64,000 bases of DNA, from NCBI GenBank assembly GCA_041391765.1, contig JAWKNJ010000028.1:10874-74873 (forward strand), written 5' to 3'. Made by a program: the position numbers and the translations under genes. This document shows positions 8,928 through 18,155 of this stretch, piece by piece. Source of the DNA: Flavobacteriales bacterium (GTDB lineage: Bacteria; Bacteroidota; Bacteroidia; Flavobacteriales_G; Salibacteraceae). Every line of letters begins with the position of its first letter. Positions within the stretch are counted from its first letter, which is position 1. The notes under the pieces were generated by a model. That model was not told the origin of the DNA and did not search any database. It saw nothing but the letters and a program-made list of their open reading frames with translations.

Positions 8928-9827
8928 ATGCTTAGACCACCGTATTTAAAAACCGGAGATCGGGTTGCGATCGTTGCAACGGCCAAAAAATTGGAACGCG
9001 GGCAGATTGATGGGGCCATTTCTTTGATCGAATCATGGGGATTTGAGGTAGTGCTGGGTAAACATCTCTATGCTGCGGATAGACAGTTTGCTGGAACGGA
9101 TACTGAACGAGCTACAGACCTTCAATGGGCGTTGGACGATCCTGATATTAAAGCTGTGATTTTCGCTCGTGGCGGTTATGGAACCGTTAGGATAATCGAT
9201 AGGGTTGATTGGTCCGTGTTTAAGAAAACCCCAAAGTGGCTTTGCGGTTTCAGCGATTTGACTGTCTTGCACGCGCATGCGAATCGAAACCTTGGCGTTG
9301 AAACAATGCATTCCACTATGCCCATTTTTTTTGCGGATGGCGTTGCGAATGCAGGAAGCATTTCGTTGCACTACGCATTGCTGGGCACGCATGAAAGTAT
9401 AGAGTGGGATGCCCACGTGTTAAACCGTTCCGGTGAATCTTCAGGTGAGTCAGTGGGAGGCAACCTGAGCGTGATCTGCTCAGTTTTGGGAACTTCGAGC
9501 CAACCCGAGTTCGAAGGAAACATTCTCTTCATCGAAGACCTGACAGAATATTACTATCACCTCGATCGTATGATGATGCTTTTGAAGAGAGGTGGTCAAT
9601 TGGCCGAACTAAAGGGACTTGTTGTTGGTCAGTTCACGCAGATGGTAGATAATCCAGTTCCCTTCGGAAAATCGGCCTATGAGATCATTTGGGAGGCAGT
9701 CTCAGAATACAATTATCCTGTTGCTTTTGACGCTCCGATCGGGCATGTAGAGCAAAATTTGGCGGTATATTCAGGAAGGCGGTGTAGGCTTACCGTTGAG
9801 AATGGAAGTCAAATTAGCTTTGACTAG
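8928..9827 (+). CDS. LD-carboxypeptidase (peptidase S66, muramoyl-tetrapeptide carboxypeptidase-like)
   Basis: GDRVAIVATA, ARGGYGTVRI and the nucleophile motif CGFSDLTVLH are typical of the S66 family. Confidence 0.85.
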   Translation: MLRPPYLKTGDRVAIVATAKKLERGQIDGAISLIESWGFEVVLGKHLYAADRQFAGTDTERATDLQWALDDPDIKAVIFARGGYGTVRIIDRVDWSVFKKTPKWLCGFSDLTVLHAHANRNLGVETMHSTMPIFFADGVANAGSISLHYALLGTHESIEWDAHVLNRSGESSGESVGGNLSVICSVLGTSSQPEFEGNILFIEDLTEYYYHLDRMMMLLKRGGQLAELKGLVVGQFTQMVDNPVPFGKSAYEIIWEAVSEYNYPVAFDAPIGHVEQNLAVYSGRRCRLTVENGSQISFD

Positions 9828-9830
9828 CAT

Positions 9831-11243
9831 TCAATTTGTGCCACCAGCGGGCAAGTAGATTTCACACCATTCATTTCCCGCTTCAAACTTTTTAGCGAGT
9901 AGATATGTTTTATCCGATCGTAAGTGATGAAGATCTTTTTCGTTGCTAGAGATGATTAGCACTGTCGGGCCACTATTTTCAGCTTCATTGACATGGGCAA
10001 ATACTTCATTTTGTTCAAGGTATCTCGGGAAATAGCTGGTCAGGTACTTAGACATGAGGAAACCTGTTTTGATGTGCTTACCCTGCCATCGTTGCTGAAC
10101 ACAGTATTCGATCGTCATTAATTGTGCGGTTACCATGTCCGCGTAGCCCAAAGAATGGTCCGTTGGCTTCTTGTTGTGTGTGCCCTCGAACAAGCAAATC
10201 GAGCCAAGCAATATTCCAAGAGCTGCCGCTACATATTGCCGTTGATCCAGGACAATGAAAAGAATTGCTGATGAGATTAATGCGAAAAGTGGAAAGAGGC
10301 AAAGGATATATCTATTCGAGTAAAAATTGAATGCGCTGAAAACAAGAAACCCTATGACCACCACAACCAACAGAATGAGTTGACTGACCAGCGTTGGATC
10401 AAGCTTGATACTCCTACGTCTGTAAACGAGGTATGCTAAAAACCCGATTACTGAGAAGAAAGTTATGTTGCGACCGGAATAAAGGAAAAGGTGACCGAAG
10501 TATCGAATGAATTGACTTCCAAAGAAGGTAGGATCAGTGCTTGCAAATCCCGTGTGCCTTGGAAATAGGAACCAGCCTTGAGTGAAATACTGATCCATGT
10601 AAAAGCATGCCATGACCAACACTGGTATCACGTAAACCCGTGATTCAATGAGACGATTTACCCAAGGCACATCTCTTTTGAATCGGAAGAAGTGGACACA
10701 AAAGATTAGGGCAATTAATACGATGGATGGTTCTTTAACCAAGAGCAACAGCGTTGCGCTGATTATAAAGGCCCAGTTTTTTGAAGTGATTAGGAAATAG
10801 ATTGTCAATAATAGAAGCAGAGTAATTAGAGTTTCGGGAAGCTGAAAGCTGGACTGGGCCATAAACGTGTTCTGACACACGAGCATAAAAGCGGCTGCGG
10901 ACCCCATCCATGCATTTAGCATCTTCCTGCCCAAAAGAAAAGTCAATATCAGTGAACCCAATGAGAATAGCATAGGAAGCAAGCGTTGCATCCAAATTGT
11001 TCTTCCAACTAAGATGTTCCACTCAGATTGAAGAAAATAATAGAGCAAAGGATGCCCGGTAGTGTAGATGCTTGGGGCCGCGTTTGATCGCAAACTTGGA
11101 CCATTTTCTGTCATGTGTCCGATGGCAAAACTGTATGGAAACGCCTCGTCCCAATAGTTAGGAAGGTTTAAAACGGTTCCCTTAACGATCAGCAACAGGA
11201 CACAACTAAAGAGAAGAATGATGTATGGAAAGTATGATTTCAA
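9831..11243 (-). CDS. Polytopic membrane glycosyltransferase, GT39/ArnT-like
   Basis: 470 aa with more than 10 hydrophobic segments and a soluble C-terminal domain. The N-terminal region resembles dolichyl-phosphate-mannose/ArnT-type transferases. Assigned by family resemblance only. Confidence 0.55.
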   Translation of the reverse strand: MKSYFPYIILLFSCVLLLIVKGTVLNLPNYWDEAFPYSFAIGHMTENGPSLRSNAAPSIYTTGHPLLYYFLQSEWNILVGRTIWMQRLLPMLFSLGSLILTFLLGRKMLNAWMGSAAAFMLVCQNTFMAQSSFQLPETLITLLLLLTIYFLITSKNWAFIISATLLLLVKEPSIVLIALIFCVHFFRFKRDVPWVNRLIESRVYVIPVLVMACFYMDQYFTQGWFLFPRHTGFASTDPTFFGSQFIRYFGHLFLYSGRNITFFSVIGFLAYLVYRRRSIKLDPTLVSQLILLVVVVIGFLVFSAFNFYSNRYILCLFPLFALISSAILFIVLDQRQYVAAALGILLGSICLFEGTHNKKPTDHSLGYADMVTAQLMTIEYCVQQRWQGKHIKTGFLMSKYLTSYFPRYLEQNEVFAHVNEAENSGPTVLIISSNEKDLHHLRSDKTYLLAKKFEAGNEWCEIYLPAGGTN

Positions 11244-11270
11244 TTGTGCAAATTAACTTTACTTCCGATT

Positions 11271-11633
11271 ATGGCATCCCACAACGAACTTGGTGAAAAA
11301 GGCGAAGAACTTGCTGTGCAGCATTTGATCAAGTCAGGTTATCAAATCCGTGAACGCAATTGGCGCTATGGAAAGGAGGAGATTGACATCATTGCAACGA
11401 TTGGTGATGAGTTGGCAATTGTAGAGGTGAAGACCAGAAATTCAGACTTCTTTGGAGAGCCTCAAGAGTTTGTGAGCAAGGCCAAGCAAAATCACATGAT
11501 CCGCGCGGCAAATGCATATGTGGAGAAACATGATATAGACTTGGAAGTAAGGTTTGATGTAATTGGAATCATTATCAATTCAAAAGGAACCAAGATAGAT
11601 CACATTGAAGGCGCCTTCCAGCCTCGATGGTAG
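11271..11633 (+). CDS. yraN: YraN-family (UPF0102) endonuclease-like protein
   Basis: GEKGEELAVQHLIKSGYQIRERNWRYGKEEIDIIA...LAIVEVKTR matches the UPF0102 pattern. ATG at 11271 is preferred over the TTG at 11244. Confidence 0.85.
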   Translation: MASHNELGEKGEELAVQHLIKSGYQIRERNWRYGKEEIDIIATIGDELAIVEVKTRNSDFFGEPQEFVSKAKQNHMIRAANAYVEKHDIDLEVRFDVIGIIINSKGTKIDHIEGAFQPRW

Positions 11634-11685
11634 AACTTTGGTCTGGAAGCTTGGCTTGTAGCTAAAAGCCATTTGCCAGAAGCTT

Positions 11686-12213
11686 TTAAACCATCTCCAT
11701 CATGTCGGCCATCTTAAAGCAGTCGCATGCAAGTGCTTCATCCACGAAATGTTTGAGCATCCACATTTCATCGTGCGCTAGTTTCTTGCCTTCATAAGAA
11801 ATGAACCACATAATGGCCATTCCGATCAATGAAACCGGAATCAACCAAAATCCCCACATAGAATTCTGAAGCGTCCATTGCGATAGTCCAAGGGTCAGCC
11901 CCACAAATCCCATGAATCCGAAAAACCCATAAAAAAACATGAACATGGTCCAAACAGTTGGCATCGGGCCGATCAGGCATCGAACCAGCGTTTGGCCGTT
12001 ATCAGGATCAACCTCTAATGCCACATCCATGTGAGGTGACCAAAAGTGTCGCTTTGACTCAGGTATGGTGAGTACAACATGCCCATGCACTTGCCTGAGT
12101 GAAACTTCGTTTGGAACAGAAACAGTATGTAGCTTGATCCTGTTCATGATTTCATCGATCGCAAGATGCGTGTGAAATTTGAATCGTGGTCTAAATGCTA
12201 CTTCTTCTGACAT
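11686..12213 (-). CDS. Hypothetical membrane protein
   Basis: 175 aa with a soluble N-terminal ~85 aa followed by 3 hydrophobic helices (TVWTMFMFFYGFFGFMGFVGLTLGL...). No domain recognised. Confidence 0.55.
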   Translation of the reverse strand: MSEEVAFRPRFKFHTHLAIDEIMNRIKLHTVSVPNEVSLRQVHGHVVLTIPESKRHFWSPHMDVALEVDPDNGQTLVRCLIGPMPTVWTMFMFFYGFFGFMGFVGLTLGLSQWTLQNSMWGFWLIPVSLIGMAIMWFISYEGKKLAHDEMWMLKHFVDEALACDCFKMADMMEMV

Positions 12214-12279
12214 AAAGGTTGAGTTAGATGAAGGTAGGACTGATTCAGATTGATCGTGAGAAGTTGATCAAAATCATGT

Positions 12280-13233
12280 CTAGAAATACATCCAATGACC
12301 CACCAATCCTTTACTTGTATTCCACTCCAATGCGGGGAAGGGAAACTTAATCACTCCGAAAATTGGTTTGAGCCAGATGAGTCCTTTCGGAAGTTTGCTT
12401 TGTTGAAGGTCAATGTCTAGGGAAAGTAGAAATTGACGTTCTCGAATTCTTAATGAGGAGGAAGGTGCTGGGTAATCATCGAACTTCCATGTATTGCTTT
12501 CTGCTCCGAGTAGATTGTTGACGCTATATCCCACGGCTAGGTTTAACCATTTTGGAATACGATCGGATTTCCCGGTCAAACTCCAGATATTCATGCTGGC
12601 CCAATAGGTCTGTCCGTTGTAGTCTTTCAACCATTGCTCGTAAAGACCTTCTCCGAAAAGATTGCGAGCCCTACGACCTTCATCACCGGGCAAGTTGGTC
12701 AGCCCGCTGGGCCAGAAGCTATACTTCAATTTGACTCGCTGCTCATGCCAGCCAAGTTGTTGGGCTAGAAACGTTGCGCTTCCAATGGTATTGAAAGCCA
12801 GGTCGTAATTACTAAAGCCCCAACCTGTCGAAAACCCATCCATTACTTCTACGGCAAGTTGATAGCTGAAACTTAATCCTGCAGAGAAGTAGGTTGCCTT
12901 TTTTTCGTTCGTGCCTGCCCATTTATTGACCTTGTAAACATTCCAACTGGCCTGATACGCTGTCACCGCATGCCCCACTTTATCCATTTGCATCCACCCT
13001 GGCCAGTCGTTGAAGAAGTGAAACTTACCACTTTGGTATTGGGTGTACCAAGCAAATTGCAGTCCTGTTAATGAGCCCGCGTACGCAGCGCCTTGAAGTG
13101 TGCCCACGAATGCCAAGCGACTTTTGGTTAATGTGTCAGCTGGATCAAACCAGCTTTGGCTTTGTCCGAATAACGAACTGCAGAGGAATATTATAACGCT
13201 AAGCCTTTTCACCAACAAGCGCATAATAGTCAA
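12280..13233 (-). CDS. DUF2279-family outer-membrane/lipoprotein-like protein
   Basis: Signal peptide, then FNDWPGWMQMDKVGH and a YxF-type C-terminus (HWMYF). Resembles DUF2279. Confidence 0.65.
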   Translation of the reverse strand: MTIMRLLVKRLSVIIFLCSSLFGQSQSWFDPADTLTKSRLAFVGTLQGAAYAGSLTGLQFAWYTQYQSGKFHFFNDWPGWMQMDKVGHAVTAYQASWNVYKVNKWAGTNEKKATYFSAGLSFSYQLAVEVMDGFSTGWGFSNYDLAFNTIGSATFLAQQLGWHEQRVKLKYSFWPSGLTNLPGDEGRRARNLFGEGLYEQWLKDYNGQTYWASMNIWSLTGKSDRIPKWLNLAVGYSVNNLLGAESNTWKFDDYPAPSSSLRIRERQFLLSLDIDLQQSKLPKGLIWLKPIFGVIKFPFPALEWNTSKGLVGHWMYF

Positions 13234-13825
13234 ACAAAAATCCAGACTTGATCTTCACCTTGTTCAGGAGTCTAATACCTCTATTCACGATGTGTGATTC
13301 GTATTCGGAAAGCGAATATTGATGGGGGTGCAAAATATCGAGAGGTAGAAATCTGAACAGCCATTTTGGTAAACTGAAGTTGTGACAGTCGATGCTTATC
13401 ACAAGTGTTCCACCATGCTTTAATCCCAAGACCATGTTATCTAGTGCATGATCATAATGCTTCACATGATTGATTACGTTTAGACAGAAGATGACATCAT
13501 TCGATGTGTCTGATTTGTAATTCTCGATGGTAGATTGAATAAACCGAACGTTCTGAAAGTTAGCTGGCATGAAGTGGGGCAGCATTTGATATTCAGCCAA
13601 TAAAGGATCAACAGCAGTGACTGACTGATCCAACGCTATGAAGATGCCGGCAGGACCGCAACCCGCATCCAGAATTCGATCTTCTATTTTCAAATGGACG
13701 TCAATTTTTTCAAGAAAATCCATCCAGTATTTGCGTTTCCAAGCAATGTATACATCCGGTGATTTTTCGCTCAGGTAGCGCTTCCACCATCGCTTCTCAA
13801 ACCATTGTGCCAGTTGCCATCGCAT
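13199..13825 (-). CDS. Class I SAM-dependent methyltransferase
   Basis: Motif I ILDAGCGPAGIF. Typical length of 208 aa. Confidence 0.8.
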   Translation of the reverse strand: MRWQLAQWFEKRWWKRYLSEKSPDVYIAWKRKYWMDFLEKIDVHLKIEDRILDAGCGPAGIFIALDQSVTAVDPLLAEYQMLPHFMPANFQNVRFIQSTIENYKSDTSNDVIFCLNVINHVKHYDHALDNMVLGLKHGGTLVISIDCHNFSLPKWLFRFLPLDILHPHQYSLSEYESHIVNRGIRLLNKVKIKSGFLFDYYALVGEKA

Positions 13826-13868
13826 CGTTCACAAATGTAACTTCAGTGCTAATGCTCGCTAATTCAAA

Positions 13869-13876
13869 TACCTTTG
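13869..13876 (+). promoter_or_regulatory. -7 promoter box TACCTTTG upstream of rluB
   Basis: Matches TAnnTTTG and overlaps the TTG used as the start by the ORF track. This argues for the ATG at 13895 as the real start. Confidence 0.4.
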
Positions 13877-13894
13877 CCGGTTCAAATCAAGGTT

Positions 13895-15073
13895 ATGGCC
13901 AAGAAAAGCACGTGGGAGAAGAGGGCGAAGAAGGTGAAGAAGGAGGAGCACTTGGTGTTGGGAGGCAACACAAATCGAAAGAAAGAAGGTGTCAAGAAGA
14001 AGTATCCATCTGGACCAAAACCGGAAGGAGCAGGGACTTCACGCTCAAGATCAAGCGAAGGTGAAAGAGCTTCCTCATCAGCACCAAAATACACCATCAC
14101 GCGTGATGGCGATGAAAAGCCAAAATCCAGACCTCGATCTGCAGAGGGGAGTAAGGGCAAATTTGAACGTCCTGAAAGAGGTGGCTTTAAAGCAAAGGCT
14201 CGTCCTTTTGATAAGTTTCGAAAAGAGGAGAAGGATGGCGCATTCAAAGAAAAGGGTCATACTCGCAATAAGTTTCGTGCCGGTGACCAGAAGAAGTCAC
14301 ACACAAAGTTTTTGAAAGACCAGCACTTTGATGGTTTCGAGCAACGCGGCAATAAGCCAACTGATTTGATTCGCTTGAACAAGTATCTTTCAGTTGCTGG
14401 AATTTGCTCAAGACGTGAGGCGGATACGTTCATTGAACAAGGGTTGGTGACCGTGAACGGTCAGGTAGTAACTGAGTTGGGAACCAAAGTGAAGCCAACA
14501 GACGAAGTGCGTTATGCTGGAGAGCGCGTCAAGGCTGAGGTCTTGCGCTACATCCTATTGAACAAGCCAAAAGACTGTATCACTACATTGAGCGATGAAC
14601 GAGGACGCAGCACCGTCATGGGATTGGTGAAGAACGCCTGTCGCGAGCGTGTATTCCCTGTGGGGCGTTTGGATAGAAATACAACAGGACTCCTGTTATT
14701 AACTAACGATGGTGACATGGCTAAGAAGCTGAGTCATCCAAGTCATGAAATTCGAAAAGTGTATCACGTAATAACAGACAAGAATGTGAGCATTGCCGAC
14801 TTGAAAAAACTTGAGTCAGGAGTTGAATTGGATGACGGTATGGCCAAAGCGGATGCGGCATTATTCGCAGGTGATGGCTCCGTTCGAAATGAAATCGGAA
14901 TGGAGATCCACAGCGGAAAAAACCGCGTGGTGCGCAGAATGTTCGCTGCATTGGGTTACGAAGTCACCCGATTGGATAGGGCGGCATTTGCAGGATTAAG
15001 CAAGAAAGGTCTTCCACGTGGACGCTGGAGATTCTTGACCGAAAAAGAGGTCTCCTATTTGAAGATGCTGTAA
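13895..15073 (+). CDS. rluB: 23S rRNA pseudouridine synthase, RluB/RsuA family, with a long basic N-terminal extension
   Basis: S4 domain IRLNKYLSVAGICSRREADTFIEQGLVTVNG and catalytic motif RLDRNTTGLLLLTNDG. They are preceded by about 155-160 residues rich in K/R/E/G/S. Confidence 0.85.
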   Translation: MAKKSTWEKRAKKVKKEEHLVLGGNTNRKKEGVKKKYPSGPKPEGAGTSRSRSSEGERASSSAPKYTITRDGDEKPKSRPRSAEGSKGKFERPERGGFKAKARPFDKFRKEEKDGAFKEKGHTRNKFRAGDQKKSHTKFLKDQHFDGFEQRGNKPTDLIRLNKYLSVAGICSRREADTFIEQGLVTVNGQVVTELGTKVKPTDEVRYAGERVKAEVLRYILLNKPKDCITTLSDERGRSTVMGLVKNACRERVFPVGRLDRNTTGLLLLTNDGDMAKKLSHPSHEIRKVYHVITDKNVSIADLKKLESGVELDDGMAKADAALFAGDGSVRNEIGMEIHSGKNRVVRRMFAALGYEVTRLDRAAFAGLSKKGLPRGRWRFLTEKEVSYLKML

Positions 15074-15074
15074 T

Positions 15075-15308
15075 TTAGGACTCGATCTGCTCGATTATCT
15101 CCTCTAGGTTAATATCAAGTCCACTAAATATTTCATACAGATAAACAAAGGACGGATTTATTGAGCCGCGCTCAAGTCTTTGAATCGATTGATAGTCTTT
15201 ATTCACCCGTACGGCAAGGTCTAGTTGGGTGAGACCTCTTTTTTGTCGTATAGATCTTACATGTTTACCCAGTGCGATGAGCAATTCTTTATTTGACTGA
15301 CTGGGCAT
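15075..15308 (-). CDS. XRE-family helix-turn-helix regulator (77 aa)
   Basis: LGKHVRSIRQKRGLTQLDLAVRVNKDYQSIQRLERGSINPS is a typical HTH_3 domain. Confidence 0.85.
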   Translation of the reverse strand: MPSQSNKELLIALGKHVRSIRQKRGLTQLDLAVRVNKDYQSIQRLERGSINPSFVYLYEIFSGLDINLEEIIEQIES

Positions 15309-15343
15309 TCCAAGCCCAAGTATTGATCATAATTCTCAACCCT

Positions 15344-15365
15344 TACACAACGTTTTCGTTGTGTA
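15344..15365. promoter_or_regulatory. Perfect inverted repeat TACACAACG-tttt-CGTTGTGTA, candidate operator
   Basis: Exact 9-nt arms with a 4-nt spacer, in the 101-nt divergent region between the XRE gene and the 15410 gene. It lies 15 nt upstream of TACTTTCG (15381-15388), a one-mismatch -7 box. Confidence 0.5.
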
Positions 15366-15409
15366 TGGACAATTTTGTCTTACTTTCGATTAAACCAAAA
15401 TAAATTACC

Positions 15410-16492
15410 ATGCGCACTTTCATAAAATCTCTAATCATGTTATCAGTTTGCATGATTTTAATTGTCTTTTATCAGCGATGTTCAAAGGACTTATTTCAAC
15501 AAAATGGTGATGTAAGGTCGCAGCCTCAAAGATCTAGTTCGGATTTTGATCCATTGCTATTAAGTGATTCAGCAATTTCTGCACTTGTGTATGCTTTTAA
15601 AGATGATTATCAGAATAGAATACTCGGAGACATGACTCCCGTGGAGGCCATGTGGTCGATGGAAGCGTATCTTAATAATTTTTATTGCCATACTGAGAAT
15701 TCTGCGGTATTGTATTCGGATTCTGTAATTGTGACCACACCTAATGATAGTTTATATAGTGGGGACCTAATAGAATCAACACTAGATTCATTAGTGACTC
15801 ATTTGAATACCGTTATTTCAAATTTAACGCTTGACACAGGTGTAGCGCAAATCGGAATTGCGGATCTAGAATTAAAATCAGAGGGTATTTATATGCTATA
15901 TTATGTAACTCGGGGACTGGCAGAGTTTAATTTGTCATATAGATCATATCTATTGTGCAATAAAGATGAAGTTTATCCGTGGTCATCTACATTGGTAACG
16001 AATGGACTTGGTTATCAAGTGTGGCTAAATGACTTTTATTGTTCAGGTGCAAATTCATCACTGGGGCACGGGGTAAATAGAGTTATGAAAGAAAGATTAA
16101 GTGCCAAACTCAGAGGCTTTTCTTGTAGCGATTTGACCACTCCGGTGACATGTCTTTTGCACAGTGTAGGTTCTTATAGTAATAATGGCAATGCTGCTTG
16201 GAGCACTGGATGCTATTCGTCAACATATCCACACTTAATGCCTCACGCAGGTGTTTATAATTGGTCAATTACAGGAACATGTCATAATGGAGATGCTATT
16301 CGTTGCGTAACCGATAATCGGATTTACCCTTGGATAATAAACTATACAAGTAGTAATTATTCGGGATTTGTTCCTTTGTTTGTCGATGTATGGCGTCCAG
16401 TTCTAACTTCTTCAAATGGAAATGGAGGATACCAAACTATGAATATCAGGGTTACCTATGGACGATGCGCAACATATAGTGGCGATCATTAA
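15410..16492 (+). CDS. Hypothetical exported Cys-rich protein (possible lipoprotein)
   Basis: N-terminal hydrophobic segment LIMLSVCMILIVFYQRC. Nine further Cys residues in the mature part (FYCHT, LLCNK, FYCSG, FSCSD, VTCLL, TGCYS, GTCHN, IRCVT, GRCAT). No domain recognised. Confidence 0.6.
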   Translation: MRTFIKSLIMLSVCMILIVFYQRCSKDLFQQNGDVRSQPQRSSSDFDPLLLSDSAISALVYAFKDDYQNRILGDMTPVEAMWSMEAYLNNFYCHTENSAVLYSDSVIVTTPNDSLYSGDLIESTLDSLVTHLNTVISNLTLDTGVAQIGIADLELKSEGIYMLYYVTRGLAEFNLSYRSYLLCNKDEVYPWSSTLVTNGLGYQVWLNDFYCSGANSSLGHGVNRVMKERLSAKLRGFSCSDLTTPVTCLLHSVGSYSNNGNAAWSTGCYSSTYPHLMPHAGVYNWSITGTCHNGDAIRCVTDNRIYPWIINYTSSNYSGFVPLFVDVWRPVLTSSNGNGGYQTMNIRVTYGRCATYSGDH

Positions 16493-17996
16493 GACCACAA
16501 TATTTGCTGTACTTATTGGGTTCAGCCCAATGTTAGCCGCTCAAGACAATGAGTGGATAAAAGTGTATTCGGAGCTTGGTCAACGTAATGTTGTAACCTC
16601 TCATTTTGTTGTTGATGACCAAAACTTTGTCTATTCCGCAAATGAATCTGCATTAAACGCTGGCGAATTTGCCTGTTATTTGACGAAGTTCTCTCCTTCT
16701 GGCGGGGTGGTTAAGGAAATCAAACCTATTGAACGAATCATTCAATTACAGATAAAAGGCGACTCGCTGTTTGTTTGCCTAGTTAGTGACTCAGGTGAGG
16801 CTATTCCGACTACATTTTATTCTAGAATATATGATTTAGAATTAAATGAGTTAGTTTCATCAAGTTATATCGATTCTACCATTGATTATGTTGAGGAAGC
16901 AAACGCTGGTAATGAAAAACACTGGAGCTCTGTCTTTGCGATAAATGCAGACTCATTGGAGGGCGAGTTTTACCAAACCAAATTAGCGTTCGTTCATCTT
17001 GATGAAGGAGGTTTGATAGACACTATAACTTGGTTTAATGAGCTAAAAAATGCAAGAATCGGAGGGTTTTCTCCAAGACCGGGTGGATATTTAGCTATGA
17101 TAGAGTTCGAGGATTCAATAATAACCGAGAATATCCTATTAAGACCTTTTCAATTAGACGAAGGGTTGGAAATTGTACAGAGCATTGATGAAATTGTACC
17201 TAGTTATCCCTTGGATACCTCAGGGTTCACTTCTATTAGTAGAATAAATGATAAGTCGACAAGCATTCAACCCATTTCATCTTCGAGTTTCATTTTAGGC
17301 TTATCTAGCGCTTGCTTTTACCAATTCCCAGATGCTTCTTATCAAGATTGGGACGCATTTATAGCTAAATTTCATTATTCAAATCAAAACTTTTCTGATT
17401 ATACAGTTGTGCACAACGTAAACAGCAACTCCTTTCTAATACGGAATCAAATTGCATTAGCGGCAAATTATGAGTTGCTAACCGTTGATACACGCGATAA
17501 TTCTGAGTTCTTTGGATTTTATGAATCTTCTGATTCTTACATCGTCTTGTCTCGTTTTGATTCTAACCTCAATCTCATTTGGGAAAGCGAATTTTTCAAG
17601 AATGATGGAATACATCAGCGCGCGGAGTGGATTCAGGAAAAACCCGATGGACATGTTGTGGCCATGGGCACTCAATACAATTGGAATACTGGCGAGAGTG
17701 AGATATTTATGATTCAAACGGATAGCAACGGATTGGTTGATGACACGGTTGGCGCTATAGAATTATTAGCAGATGATTGGAATTTCGGACCAAATCCAAT
17801 TCTTGATCAATTGTATATTTATTCTACGAACAATTCGAAATGGAACACATACAGCCTATATGATTTGAATGGGAGGTGGATACGCGACTATATAGGAAAC
17901 GGCATTCACTCAACAGCGGACTTAAACCTCGGATGTTACATATTAAAGTCGAAATCAAATCCCCTTGTTACGCGGAAGGTCATCAAAATAAATTAG
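16458..17996 (+). CDS. Hypothetical secreted protein with T9SS C-terminal sorting domain
   Basis: Signal-like IKTTIFAVLIGFSPMLAAQ. C-terminus WNFGPNPILDQLYIYS...YSLYDLNGRWI...LNLGCYILK fits the T9SS sorting-domain pattern. It overlaps the upstream gene by 35 nt. Confidence 0.65.
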   Translation: MDDAQHIVAIIKTTIFAVLIGFSPMLAAQDNEWIKVYSELGQRNVVTSHFVVDDQNFVYSANESALNAGEFACYLTKFSPSGGVVKEIKPIERIIQLQIKGDSLFVCLVSDSGEAIPTTFYSRIYDLELNELVSSSYIDSTIDYVEEANAGNEKHWSSVFAINADSLEGEFYQTKLAFVHLDEGGLIDTITWFNELKNARIGGFSPRPGGYLAMIEFEDSIITENILLRPFQLDEGLEIVQSIDEIVPSYPLDTSGFTSISRINDKSTSIQPISSSSFILGLSSACFYQFPDASYQDWDAFIAKFHYSNQNFSDYTVVHNVNSNSFLIRNQIALAANYELLTVDTRDNSEFFGFYESSDSYIVLSRFDSNLNLIWESEFFKNDGIHQRAEWIQEKPDGHVVAMGTQYNWNTGESEIFMIQTDSNGLVDDTVGAIELLADDWNFGPNPILDQLYIYSTNNSKWNTYSLYDLNGRWIRDYIGNGIHSTADLNLGCYILKSKSNPLVTRKVIKIN

Positions 17997-18115
17997 GGAC
18001 ATAACTGTTACGGGAAAAATTAGAATCAAGGTTTGATTTATAGTTGCTATTCTCCCTTAATAATTATCCGTTCAAAAGTCAATCATTGAAACAAATTATA
18101 GCTAGAACATCCGAG

Positions 18116-18123
18116 TAGCTTTG
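18116..18123 (+). promoter_or_regulatory. -7 promoter box TAGCTTTG upstream of the AsmA-like gene
   Basis: Matches TAnnTTTG, 32 nt before the ATG at 18156. Confidence 0.35.
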
Positions 18124-18155
18124 AATATTCGATTCATGTTGTCGTTTATTCATCC

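Noticed and set aside
13882-14247. 121-aa antisense ORF and a 108-aa alternative-frame ORF in the 5' part of rluB
   Set aside because: Same artefact: low-complexity, purine-rich coding sequence keeps other frames open by chance.
15074-18000. Possible direct repeats flanking the AT-rich islet (AATTTAGGAC at 15074-15083 versus AAATTAGGGAC near 17989-18000)
   Set aside because: This is only an imperfect ~10-nt resemblance in AT-rich sequence. It is too weak to call att sites, and no integrase is present.
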